Origin: Epithemia pelagica
Lineage: Eukaryota > Protista > Bacillariophyta
Assembly: GCA_946965045.2 (NCBI GenBank)
Contig: OX337242.1
Span: forward strand, 1,550,001 to 1,614,000
Length of the DNA stretch: 64,000 bases
Direction: 5' to 3'
The notes beneath the pieces were generated by a model. The model was not told the DNA's origin, made no database searches, and saw only the letters and a list, made by a program, of their open reading frames with translations. The translations under genes were made by a program, and so were the position numbers. Positions 34,095 through 45,121 of the stretch are shown one piece after another (within the stretch, counting starts at the first letter, position 1; every line of letters begins with the position of its first letter).

Positions 34095-36515
34095 TTAGCC
34101 ACCTTCTACTTGCTGAATCCCTTTACTCTGCACTCGTAAAGCAGCTTCACACAAACTCTCTTCGTATTCTCCTGTCTCGCACATCCTAAGAACGTCGTCC
34201 AACATTCGTTTTGCCCTTGGACCGCAAGCTTCCAACGCATCGATGGCAGCTATCTCCCCCCAAAACTGCACCCGCTGGTCGTTCGCAGGACCGTCACCGG
34301 CCATGCAAACGAGAAGCGCGGACATGATCTTGGCTCCATGACGTGGTACCATCTCGCTGGCAACATGCAACAAGCTGAAGAGTGCCAAAATTGACAACCA
34401 CTGGACTTCGTTCGTAAAGGGAGAAGAAAACCTGTCATCTTGGCTCATGTTTTCCATTTGAACCAAAGGAAGAAATGCCATTAGTCCCAAACGCCCCAAT
34501 TCCATAGCCTTGTTCTTGTTTTTAGTAAGAATACTGAGGCTAGGGAGAACTCCTCCGACAAGACAACCCCACGTTGTGGCGAGACGTTGTGTATGGTTTT
34601 TCTCTACGATTGTGAGCCAATTTTGGAGTGATCTCAACCGTATGTGCGACGGCTGCGGTTCCCCTTGCTTGTCAAACCATTCAAGGAGCACTTGCTCAGC
34701 TAAACCCACCAACGCCAGAATATGACTGTCTCGACATGTTTTGATGGCAGAGGTAACCAATAAATGAAGATTTGAACCAACTTGCTGTTGTACCGAATAT
34801 TCCCCTCCTTTCCAACATTTCCACAGTTTGCACATACAGGATGCGCCTAGCGCAATCAGTGTATCTTGATTGGCACCGAGCAATTCATAGACAACGGGCC
34901 AAAGTTCATTCAGAATATCGGCATTGACCAGGTGCTCGGGCAGGAGAGCGATGAAGCTACATGCAACATTGATCCGAGATGGAATTTCTTGATATGGTTT
35001 CTCGTATGGGGCACGTTCCTCCGTCACGGTGCGACCCAAATGAAGCCGAGTTTGCAATGGTCTTGGTCGTGGAATCACCATGACATGGAGCGATTGGTAA
35101 AGTATCCTTCTTTGATGACCTAGTTCTGCTCTTTCGTGATCTGGGGCAGCAATATACAAATCTCTTCCAAAGAAATGAGCTCGAGCGGCCTTGGCAAGTT
35201 GAATTACCCACTCCTTATGGGCAACTTCCCCTTTGGCACCAGAGGGATGACTGAACAACGTTTGTGAAAGGCTACATGAAGACCGACCACCCACCAAACA
35301 TTCTGATCCAGAGGCGATTGTTTCCATGTTATGGTTCTTTGGTGAATCAAGACTGTGCTCTGTTGCAGGGCTGCTCCAAAATGAAAGCGATGTACGGAAC
35401 GCTACACGATCACCATCCCATTCGTCCGTCGAAAGTTTGAGATCATTCCAGTTCATGTTCTGCGCACGATGGCAATCGTTCATTTTTGCGGCGTTTTTGT
35501 AGATTGGAGATACATACTGCAGGGCATTTTCAATCCGATCGACGCACTCTGGAAATATTTGCTGAGGCCCCATCTCTCTTTCATCAAGAAAGGTCAACAT
35601 AGTTATCATAGATTGTGCCTTCACTTCTGTCCATACCAAAGTCATTTCTTCACTGATCCTGCAGTTTGATTGCTGTTGCTGATCGATTGCATTGCATGCG
35701 TATTGCAAAAGGCGGATCAAGATGGGAATAACGACTTTGGTCGTCAGCAAGTATTGCAATTCTCGTCGATGTTTCTTTTCTTTGTGGTCACGGTCGTTCA
35801 AGTCAATCCCAGCCATAGACACATCCGTTCCATCATGCATAGCCTCAGTATCATGCCTCTCCCGGAGGTTAAACGCGCTTTGAATCTGAAGCGTACTGTC
35901 GCTGCTGATCACACGCACCAAGTCACAAAGAGCTAAGAACATTTCTCCTGACATCTGGTCACCCGTGCGTGTGGCATTTGATGAATCACCTTTGGAAACC
36001 ATCAAACGATTAATCGTGTGTGCAGTAAGTATTTCAAAGTGTGTTAAAACCGATGCTGCCTCCTCCACAAAAGAAGGTGGCGAAAGCAATGGTCGCACAT
36101 GTGATAAATAGGACAATAAAAGAGAGTGAACAAGAGTTTCACGAGGTTGATCAGTTTTCTGCGCAACGTTCGATGATGTGCACGGCTGAATTCCGGAAAA
36201 TCGCTCAAGCCAATATAACAGCACTGCCGAAGGATTGGAATCCGGAGACGGTGGACCTTGCTGATCTTGGGTGTCACCAACAGGAACAAAATACGGAATG
36301 TGAGAGGCGGTCGAGTGGTGAACCTTTTGTCGATAGTGATCCACCACTGCTTTGACGGCTTGGTTCACGACGTCGCTGATGTTTTCGACATTGTTGTCTG
36401 ACGATAGACTCTTCTCGGATGATTCCGTTTCTTCATTCTCTTCATGCCATGTTTCTCCCACAACCTCGATACGCATCCTTTTGTTTTTGTTGTCATTTGA
36501 GAAGCGAAAAGACAA
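34095..36515 (-). CDS. 806-aa helical (ARM/HEAT-like) protein of uncertain identity, possibly TTI2-like
   Basis: Long uninterrupted ORF with a Leu-rich, amphipathic helical C-terminal half. The family assignment is only a guess. Confidence 0.6.
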   Translation of the reverse strand: MSFRFSNDNKNKRMRIEVVGETWHEENEETESSEKSLSSDNNVENISDVVNQAVKAVVDHYRQKVHHSTASHIPYFVPVGDTQDQQGPPSPDSNPSAVLLYWLERFSGIQPCTSSNVAQKTDQPRETLVHSLLLSYLSHVRPLLSPPSFVEEAASVLTHFEILTAHTINRLMVSKGDSSNATRTGDQMSGEMFLALCDLVRVISSDSTLQIQSAFNLRERHDTEAMHDGTDVSMAGIDLNDRDHKEKKHRRELQYLLTTKVVIPILIRLLQYACNAIDQQQQSNCRISEEMTLVWTEVKAQSMITMLTFLDEREMGPQQIFPECVDRIENALQYVSPIYKNAAKMNDCHRAQNMNWNDLKLSTDEWDGDRVAFRTSLSFWSSPATEHSLDSPKNHNMETIASGSECLVGGRSSCSLSQTLFSHPSGAKGEVAHKEWVIQLAKAARAHFFGRDLYIAAPDHERAELGHQRRILYQSLHVMVIPRPRPLQTRLHLGRTVTEERAPYEKPYQEIPSRINVACSFIALLPEHLVNADILNELWPVVYELLGANQDTLIALGASCMCKLWKCWKGGEYSVQQQVGSNLHLLVTSAIKTCRDSHILALVGLAEQVLLEWFDKQGEPQPSHIRLRSLQNWLTIVEKNHTQRLATTWGCLVGGVLPSLSILTKNKNKAMELGRLGLMAFLPLVQMENMSQDDRFSSPFTNEVQWLSILALFSLLHVASEMVPRHGAKIMSALLVCMAGDGPANDQRVQFWGEIAAIDALEACGPRAKRMLDDVLRMCETGEYEESLCEAALRVQSKGIQQVEGG

Positions 36516-37133
36516 CCGGGATTAAATCATTTTGAATCCCCAGTAATAGATGGATCTTGAGATGGATCTGGAGTTGGAGTTGGAGTGGGTGTTTCGGAAT
36601 TAGCTTGTCTCCGAACTTACAAGTATTTACTATGGGAAAATTTGTAGAAGACGAGATAAGCCTCAGTCCCGAAAGATATGGTACAATACCGGCGGTAACC
36701 GCCGCAGAAATTTGTTTTGAGCCATGTCAGTCTCAGATGTCAGCTATAAATAAAAATCTTCAAAAATGTCTCGGACATGACTGGCATGCGCGCACTGATC
36801 ACTATTCTAAGAAGTACTGATAGACTCCAGTGACCCACGATCAAAATATCATATAAGCCCCTCACACCGCCACGCCCATCAACATTGACCAAGATCAAGC
36901 CCCTCGACTTTTCGTCACGCTCCCAGAAAAAACGCGAACAACTTCGGGCTTCGGTTTTTCTTTTTGAGCTTTCTATTTCCGATAACACAATAACCAGTCA
37001 CCCGCGCTTATTCCCGAACATTTCAGTGCTACTCCTGTGTATACCCTTCTGCAAAAAGGATAATGATTCAGAAGCTCTTCTCCTCCAAGGCTTCAGCATT
37101 AGCAAACCATTCATTCCCACAACCTAATACATC

Positions 37134-37895
37134 ATGACGACCTTGAGAGCAAACGCAACACTCGAACATTTGAGGCTGATGGAGCTTCTCCAACCGCGAT
37201 CGCTACGATGTAACATGGATAACCAGCTTGTTCAGAATGAAGAAGACAACGGCGGTGACCCGATTCTGGTTCGACCTACACCATGCACGTACGACAAGCT
37301 ATTTGACACACTATGCACGATCGACTTTGATCACAAGTCGAATCGTCCACGAACATTGCCGCCTGATCTTGTCGAGTATGTGCTCAGCTTTTTGACCGTC
37401 AAGCGCGTCAAACAAGAACAGGTGCGAGCGACCAATTCTTCCTCCCACGATGGCATCCATCCCCTTGCATTCTGTCTCTACGATCATGACAGTAGTTGGT
37501 GGTTATCAAGTCATGGGACCATGCCAGGGGGGCGTGGACAACAGTGGGTACAATTTCAACTCAGTCACAATCTGCGTCGCTTGTCGTCGGTGTCGATAAA
37601 GATCCCTCCAATGCCTCAGGGACCTTTGAGCGTCCGAGAATTTTGCCTGCAAGCCTTTCATCTGGAACGAGGGTGGCACGCTATTACACCACGGTTTCAG
37701 GCACAAAACATTGTTGGTTGGCAAAGGTTTCACTTCCCAGATGTCGACGTCGACGAAGTACGTCTGGTTTGCTTCTCCAACCAAATGGAGGAGTATATCA
37801 AAAAACTGAGAGAAAGCAACCCTGGTGACGACAATCTGTTAACGCAGCTGGGGAGATTTGAAAGCGTGGGCTTCTTTAGTGTCCGGTTTGAATAG
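37134..37895 (+). CDS. Protein with an F-box-like motif and a galactose-binding/APC10-like jelly-roll domain
   Basis: LPPDLVEYVLSFL followed by SSSHD..SWWLSS..QWVQFQL..VSIKIPP..GPLSVREF. Confidence 0.6.
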   Translation: MTTLRANATLEHLRLMELLQPRSLRCNMDNQLVQNEEDNGGDPILVRPTPCTYDKLFDTLCTIDFDHKSNRPRTLPPDLVEYVLSFLTVKRVKQEQVRATNSSSHDGIHPLAFCLYDHDSSWWLSSHGTMPGGRGQQWVQFQLSHNLRRLSSVSIKIPPMPQGPLSVREFCLQAFHLERGWHAITPRFQAQNIVGWQRFHFPDVDVDEVRLVCFSNQMEEYIKKLRESNPGDDNLLTQLGRFESVGFFSVRFE

Positions 37896-38254
37896 CAAAA
37901 GAGCGTATCGAACAACACGCACGACGACCGGCCGAGCACATACAGGGACGTCGTCATGGGGAGAATGATTGACATATTATTGAATAAATTACATGTATCA
38001 TAGTTTCGAAACAAACTTGACGTCATTGAGTTTCTATTCTTTTACTGTCAACGAAATATTTGGATTCGCTCTGAGCGACTGCAAGAGGCAATCAATTGAA
38101 TAGTCCACGCCTAGCTGAAAATTCTCCATAACAACATCTTGACCCGAAACAAACCATTCACCTCCATGCCCCATGTAGTTACGCTACAAATAACAAAGAC
38201 TAAGTCCCAAACGGTCTTTTACGAACGCAGTTCCTTCATGTTAGATTGAACATC

Positions 38255-39822
38255 TCAAAACTCAAAGCTTGTCAAAAAGAGATTCAAGACGGATCCCGGT
38301 TTTTGAGGGTGACATAGTACATATTCTCCCATGTAAGCATCGCCTCCTTTTGTATCCACAGAGTCATTGCCTTTTCTCTGCACCTTGTGATGTGAAATGA
38401 AAAGAGCACTGCCAACAACCTTCGACGCTGGAAGATGAACACCTGTTCGAGGGAAATGCATGGCACCCCCCGTTGAGGAACAAAAGAACACCAACGTCCC
38501 AGAAGCAGTAGCAGGAACCATGTAGGTTTCCAAATGTCTATCGTTTTGCAGTAGCAAGGAGGAAGAGCATGATTCGTCCGGGACATTGGACGAAGAGGCT
38601 TCACAGACAGTCTCGTCCTGATTTGCATTTTCTCGCAATAAATGTTGCGTCAAAATTGGTTCACGTCGAAAATGCAAGTTCTCCGAAAAGGCAGTTTTCA
38701 CATAACTCTGTGCTTTCAGTAAAACTTCCAACACGTCCATATCGCCCTTGGCGGTTCCTGGAACGGAACGGGGCATTGATCCACTCGCGTAAGTTGCGTT
38801 TGTCTCTGCATGTGAGTCAAGAGCTCGACACTGTTGAGGTGTTATAAACTCTTCAATCAGCATGGCCGAAGATGATTCATGGGCATCAAAGAGGGCTCGA
38901 ATATCGTGTTTGTTGCTTTCGCGAGTGGACGGGTGTAGGTATTCCCACGTTAGATTGCTCCAAGATGAAGTTAGAGTAGCATTGCCTTCGTCACGACAGA
39001 TATATTTACTCAATTCATTCCCCATATCCATTCGTACAGACGCTTGAAACTTAATCTCCTCCTCTGTTTCTTTCAATGCTTTCCTTACACGTTCATCGAC
39101 ACATTGCGATACAGCTGCAATCTGATGTTCTGGTGATAAATCGGAGTCGATCTTGGATAGATCCAACAAACAATCCTGCAACGTTTGCTCGGCTCTCGCA
39201 TAGGCACGAGTTCTATGATCTTCAGTTGTAACAGTGAAGTTAGGCCATACGGTGAACTCTGCAGAAAGAAAAAGATAGTAAAGAAATCAACGAAATGCAT
39301 GAGACGCAAGGGGCAATAGAGGAAGTTGGGACATCTCATGTAGATACCTTGGTCTTCATTCATCGAGACCGCAAATCTCGCAATTTGACATTCCGTCCCG
39401 CGGCACTTTTCTCTTGTTTTCATCTCTTGTACTTCGAACATGTGGCCCACGTATGTATCAATGTAAGTTTCGCCACCAAATGCGAGTCCTTCACCGCCTG
39501 TATTACTGTGTGCTATCTCGTTCGTCTGGCTATGAATCCATAGCACGTCGATTTTGACACCACTCTTGTTCAAAACCATGATAGATCGAGAATTCTTGTT
39601 CCCACCCCTTCTACGCCACAAAACATCCGGAACGGAAAGGGACTTTAACGCTAACAAAAGCAAGACGGTCATAGAGAACACCTTTCTCCGTTGAGAAGAA
39701 GGAGTGCCCATGTTTGATGGAAAGACCACTTCTGAGAAACATGACGCAAGACCATGAGATTCCATCTCTGGGTTACCGCTGTCACGCTGAAAGGGATTGA
39801 AAGACTGGCTGACCGAATCCAA
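38255..39822 (-). CDS. Degenerate prolyl-4-hydroxylase-like protein with an N-terminal diatom beta-domain, 2 exons
   Basis: Intron 39259-39347 joins NEDQ|EFTV. Contains VLNKSGVKIDVLWIH..VGHMFEV, LIEEFITPQQC and GGAMHFPRTGV segments. Confidence 0.65.
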
Positions 39823-40205
39823 TGATTGGTTTTTGTTGTCGATGGCATAAAAGCATCTGTTTCTGTTTTATGGCTTGGTCATCGAGTTGAGATTCTCTTT
39901 TGACATTTCATCTGGTTGTGTCACGTAAAAAATGCGCTTCCCAAAGACGACTGGAAACTGGGTTGACGAATGACGCAAATTTTGATGGCCTTCTTCTTCC
40001 CCAACCAGATTGCGTCTTGATGTTGGGCGTTCTCATGGCCGAAATCGCAATGGGATTTCCCATGTTACCAGGAGAACGTTTATCTCTGTTAAGGGCGAAG
40101 ATGTAAAGTGTATGTAAAACTCTCTAAGCAACGCGAAATACAAAGCCAGTTAACATGAAATTAATGGAAAGCCTATATTAAAAATGGTCAATCTCTTGAA
40201 AGCTG

Positions 40206-40922
40206 TCACCGTCCACCCAGCCATTCCTGCGGACGACCAGAAACAGATTCGTTGCTCCCACAGGTATATCCCCACAGCTTCGGCTTCTGCTGCGTCCTGG
40301 TTCTTGGTGATGACAAGGAACTTGAAGAGCTGTCCTTCGTTTCTCCCGCATCAGAGTTAATGCTACCGACACTCAAATGAGATGTCGAAGCTGAGCAAGT
40401 AGCTTGGTATACCGCTCCAGTGCTACCAGCCCAGTCATCTGGTCGAGCAAGCGACGAGTTTGATCCACGTGAGGAGTATGAAGATTCTCTGGTCGCCACC
40501 ATGAGTGCCTCTCTCGAATCAGCACTGATCTTGTGAAAGCGATGAACTTCAGATGTTGGACACTGCTCGCTAGGGCTGTCAGATTCAACTCGGCTGGAAA
40601 TCCATGAATTGTCGCAACGAACGCCGCGACTCTTGCGTGGTTGCGGATAAAGTTTTCCTCCTCCCAGCCACTGATTGGGGCGGTCCGAAAGTATCTGTTG
40701 TTGAGAATCCATTGTGTCTAGAGTGAAAATTTGATTGCCTTGAGTTTTGTGGTCAAACTGTTTTATGAGAGGACGTGAACGAGAACCATCGGTGCAAGAA
40801 CGTTCGAGCGGTGAGAAACGCGATGCGACTGACCCAATACGCGTAACCTTACAACTCTGGATTGTTCCACAACACAGCCTGGATGGGGAAACCTGGGGCA
40901 ATACAAATATGGAATAGCGCAA
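40206..40922 (-). pseudogene. RPDDWLG-repeat protein, copy 1 (5' region broken)
   Basis: Three motif variants: RPNQWLGG, RPDDWAGS and RPQEWLGG. Upstream frames contain stops. Confidence 0.5.
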
Positions 40923-42309
40923 GCAATTTGCATACCCATTTTAATAAGTAGAATTAACGTTCGAATGTGTGTCTCAATCAATCCGCGCATGACCTACCAA
41001 TTTCAAACACAGTTGCTCAAATCCCGGGGGAGTTTGACTTTTCCCCGTGTGTCAGTGCTGTACGAGGTACGAGTACCTCTCGGAAGTCGGAAGTCCGTGG
41101 TTTGGGCTCCTTTATCCTGTACATACCCAAAATGCTCTTTCTTCTATCAAGAGCTTCACAATCTACGATCAGTGTCGGTGGTTGTGGTATGTTTCGGACT
41201 CCGAGTTCCGAGTTGAGTTTTGGATTTCAGACTGATGAGTGATGGAGCGAGTAGAAGGATACGATGAGCCATTCTAAAGTTGGAGTGGTTAGTTGCGTAG
41301 TAGCTTCACAAGGCCCCTCTTGCTACGACTAGAACTGGAACTCGGTCTATGTGCATGATTGGGAAGCTCTTGAGTTTCTGTCTTTTCGATTGGTCATGCC
41401 GAATTCTGGGAGACACTGGCATGTAACCCATTTTCACAGTTCTGTTGAGAAAAGCGTTTTGCCAATTTTTTCGCCTCGGACAAACACATCTTCCTTTTGA
41501 CGGTCGTCGAGAGGCTACGAGATTAGAATGTGTTACCAGGCATGCGTTGATACTTGATCTGCATTCGACCTGGAATTTTATGCAGCATTATCCTCTCCAC
41601 AAGCTTGAACAATAGAAGCAGTACCATCTCGTCCTACCCTATCAATCAGAGAGATCATTTGAGCTCATTAACTAAGAAAGTCGAGAGCAACCACAACTTG
41701 TATCTAGTTGGTCATTCGCAACTATTCAGGCCGGCCACCAAGCCAATCGTCGGGGCGTAAATGATTACTACGACAACGAAGTGAGGATGAGCTCTTGACG
41801 GCAGGCTTCCGCTCTGATCGATGGTAGGCCGGTGATCGTTGCGGCCTTTCAAGCCAATCATCTGTCGGTGGTGACGAGACTCTAGACTGGCGATACAATG
41901 ATTTCGCATTGTAAGAAAGCGGAAAAGATGGCTTCATGCTGTCGTTTTGCTTCCGTTCCGATCGGATAAATGAATCTTGCCGTTCTTGTAAATATACAGG
42001 CCGTCCGCCGAGCCAGTCATCTGGTCGTAGATGGTTATCCGAACAACCATCGCACTCTTGGAGGCAGGCGCAGGTTCTCCACAAAGAAGGTTGGTCGCTT
42101 TAGGCTTTTGTCCAGCATGGAAATGAGGGATTGTGATAGTGGTGGGAGGCGACGAGTGCTTGTCCTTGCTAAGATGTTTGACGGCTGGCTCGATCTACTC
42201 TGTTCGAATGCTTGAAGACGATTCTCTTGAAATCCACGAATCGTCTTCAAGGTGAAGCTTTCGGAAGCGTTGGCTTTGGTGGGAATGTTCTGAAGGCATT
42301 CTCCCCAGC

Positions 42310-42549
42310 TGAATAAATAATCACGGGCGCCCCCTTTGTAACCTACGAAGGGCCTCGCCATGCCTCGCTACGCACCGCCTGGCATCGCCCGGCCCCTAGT
42401 TATGTGTTCGCTAGTGGGTACCGTGGTCGCTATTTGGCCCCTACGTGAGCGATTTGCCCCCAAAGGGCACCCCTAGTTTAGTCATCATAATTTCTGATAG
42501 TTTGATTGTTGCAAGCCGTATATTGCGTCTGGCCGTCAGTTTTTATTCA
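42310..42549 (+). repeat. E1 5' LTR (240 bp)
   Basis: Direct repeat of 49481-49720; TG..CA ends. Confidence 0.97.
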
Positions 42550-42563
42550 GTTTATCAGACCCA
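42550..42563 (+). promoter_or_regulatory. E1 primer-binding site GTTTATCAGACCCA (complement of a tRNA anticodon arm with a GAU anticodon)
   Basis: Reverse complement is TGGGT-CTGATAA-AC, i.e. stem 27-31, a 7-nt loop and positions 39-40 that pair with 31 and 30. Confidence 0.7.
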
Positions 42564-43045
42564 CAGTCTGTTGTTACCCCACTGTTCGCCGGACGGCAAG
42601 CGCCTGATCAACGCTCGGGAGTTGTTTGCGCTAAGCGGCTTCGTCACTCGCTCGCTTGCGTCATCTCTGTGACTTGTTTTTGTCACTGTGGGACCCACTC
42701 GCTAATTTGTGACTTGCGACTGCACAACGTACCGTGCACGTGCTCGTACACGTGGACTGTCCATCCACGCGCTCCGTACGACTCAATTATATACGCCTGC
42801 TGGCTTTCGACACGTGCCTGCTTGCTCGCGGAATCGCCGGTTCGCCGACTCGCGGATTCGCCGATCGCTAGCTCGCTCGCTCGCGGAATCGCCGGACGAC
42901 TACTCGCCGATTCACTCGCAGATTGTTGGCTCACAGAAATTCGCTCCTCTCATCACAATTGCAAATTTCTGCACAAGAACAAGCCTTCCCTTGCCATCCG
43001 TTTGACCTTCTACTACCCTTCTACCCTTCATCCGACCCTTGAACC

Positions 43046-45121
43046 ATGGCCGCAAATGCCTTCCGTACTGCACTGGGCCGCTGTGGCTACGACAATGCTA
43101 CCGTTGGGTACCTAACGCAACAGGGCTTCACGACAACGGATCAGTTCCTGGAGTTTCCTATCAACGAAGTAAAGCCCATGCTGAAGACACTAGCCAAGAA
43201 CCTACCCGACGGTGTCACCCTACCCTACCAATTCAACCTCAAGTTCCTTGGCTTCCGAATGTGGTTGGAATACCGTTCTGTCCGTGGTCAAGACCTTGAT
43301 GCTGGTGCTTATACTGGTGACGTAATCACCAAGTGGATGAGACGCGTAACGGAACTCGCGAATGCCACCACCACTGATGGTCAAGATGACCCAGTACCAC
43401 CCAAAAGGCTAACGAACCTTGCCGATTGGGAACGTCACGACGGAATGTGGCGCACGTACTTGGGTCAGCACCGTAATCCGACAACGGGAGTGCCGCTCAC
43501 CTACGTATTGCGTGAGGAGTCCGATGTACCGGACGACGCACTAACCGCCGATTACGACTGCATTGACGACGACCTAGTCGCGACCACTCGTCATGAGGGG
43601 GACCAGTACAAAGCCGACCGACGCAGAGTGTATGAGCTGTACTACCCTCTTATCTACGATGGTCCGGCATGGACGTTTGCTAAAACGCATGCAAAATCAA
43701 AGGACGGCCGTGAGGCCTACCTAACCGTCAAGCGGCAAGCCACTGGACAGGCCGCGAGCATCCTGCGCAAGAAACAAGCTTATGCGCAGATCGCAAATGC
43801 TAAGTTTACAGGACGAGGGAAGTATCGCTTCCATGACTACATCCACCGTCACCAACATGCGCACAACACCCTGGAAGAGCTTGGCGAAACGGTCGCGGAA
43901 ACGAAAAAAGTGACCGATTTCATGAATGGGATCACCGATCCGACGCTCGTCCAAGCAAAGACCGTCGTCAACGGTGACCAGGAGAAGTTGGAGAACTTCG
44001 AAGCGTGCCAGCAATATTTCTTGACTGTGCACAGTGCCGCCAAAACCGAAACGCAGGACGACTCTCGCAAGATCGCCGCTGCTAGTACCACCCCAAGCAA
44101 AGGAAAGGGCAAAGGGCGCAATCAGAAAAAGAGCAAGAAAAAGAAGGACCGCGTTCATGCTGGTCACTACGATGCCGACGAATGGGCAGACCTGACGGAG
44201 GACGAACGCAAACAAGTCCAGGCTCTTCGTAAAGAGCACAAAGAAAAGCGGAAGCTTGGATCCGTCACCACAGACGACTCTTCCAACGCATCGTCGAAGA
44301 GGTCGAAAACGTCGCATGGGAGTACTGCTGAGGACGCAATCTCAGTAGACATTGATGTCGACGCTAAGCCTGAGGCTAAGACCAACGTATCGGTCATTAT
44401 GGAAGTAGACGAGAACTTGCTTGACTCCTCTGTTGACAACGTACCCTCGCCAGACAAGCACTCTAAGTTCCGCGCTTCCGCCTCACCTGCAAAATCATCC
44501 GAAGATGATTCGCAGCCGACAAAGTCCTCAGCTGGCAACAGCTTTGGACGTTTCGCGCATAAGGCTAAAGCACAACCGAACGAACCCGGATCTGCGTCCG
44601 TCAAATCCGTACGTACTCGCCCCATGGGGGAATACGAGACCTATCCACCAATGTGGCAATGGGAAGAGGACGGACGTCCTGATATGAGTCATATGACCAT
44701 CCCTCCAGTCCCAGAACACGGCGACATCTTTGTGAAGCTGCCTCTACCGGTCAAAGGCAAATTTGCTGAAGGGACTCGCAACGTCCGCTCACTTACCAAG
44801 CATGACCAAAGTATGCTGAAAGGAAGGTTCCGTGAAGAGATCGACACTATTGTACACAATAGTCCAATTTGGTCTTGGCGCTGGTCTAAAATGTCAGGCT
44901 ATGAACGAGAAGAGCGCCAAATGTACCATGTGTGCAGACGCTTAGCCGAGCACACGGAAGTGTTCGACGAAGCTTTGAAATACACTATGCTTGCCAATGG
45001 ACAATTGGCTGCCGCAGAGCGAAGGCGTAATGTATGCGGTCGTTATTCCGCCGATCTTGAATTTGATGTCCGTGACCCCAATGTCTCTGACAAGTCTGCC
45101 GACATGTCTAATTCCTCCTGA
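43046..45121 (+). CDS. gag: E1 Gag (691 aa) with a C-terminal extension
   Basis: CoDi-type gag segments (PLTYVLRE, HAGHYDADEWADLT). Ends at a TGA that is in frame with pol. Confidence 0.9.
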   Translation: MAANAFRTALGRCGYDNATVGYLTQQGFTTTDQFLEFPINEVKPMLKTLAKNLPDGVTLPYQFNLKFLGFRMWLEYRSVRGQDLDAGAYTGDVITKWMRRVTELANATTTDGQDDPVPPKRLTNLADWERHDGMWRTYLGQHRNPTTGVPLTYVLREESDVPDDALTADYDCIDDDLVATTRHEGDQYKADRRRVYELYYPLIYDGPAWTFAKTHAKSKDGREAYLTVKRQATGQAASILRKKQAYAQIANAKFTGRGKYRFHDYIHRHQHAHNTLEELGETVAETKKVTDFMNGITDPTLVQAKTVVNGDQEKLENFEACQQYFLTVHSAAKTETQDDSRKIAAASTTPSKGKGKGRNQKKSKKKKDRVHAGHYDADEWADLTEDERKQVQALRKEHKEKRKLGSVTTDDSSNASSKRSKTSHGSTAEDAISVDIDVDAKPEAKTNVSVIMEVDENLLDSSVDNVPSPDKHSKFRASASPAKSSEDDSQPTKSSAGNSFGRFAHKAKAQPNEPGSASVKSVRTRPMGEYETYPPMWQWEEDGRPDMSHMTIPPVPEHGDIFVKLPLPVKGKFAEGTRNVRSLTKHDQSMLKGRFREEIDTIVHNSPIWSWRWSKMSGYEREERQMYHVCRRLAEHTEVFDEALKYTMLANGQLAAAERRRNVCGRYSADLEFDVRDPNVSDKSADMSNSS

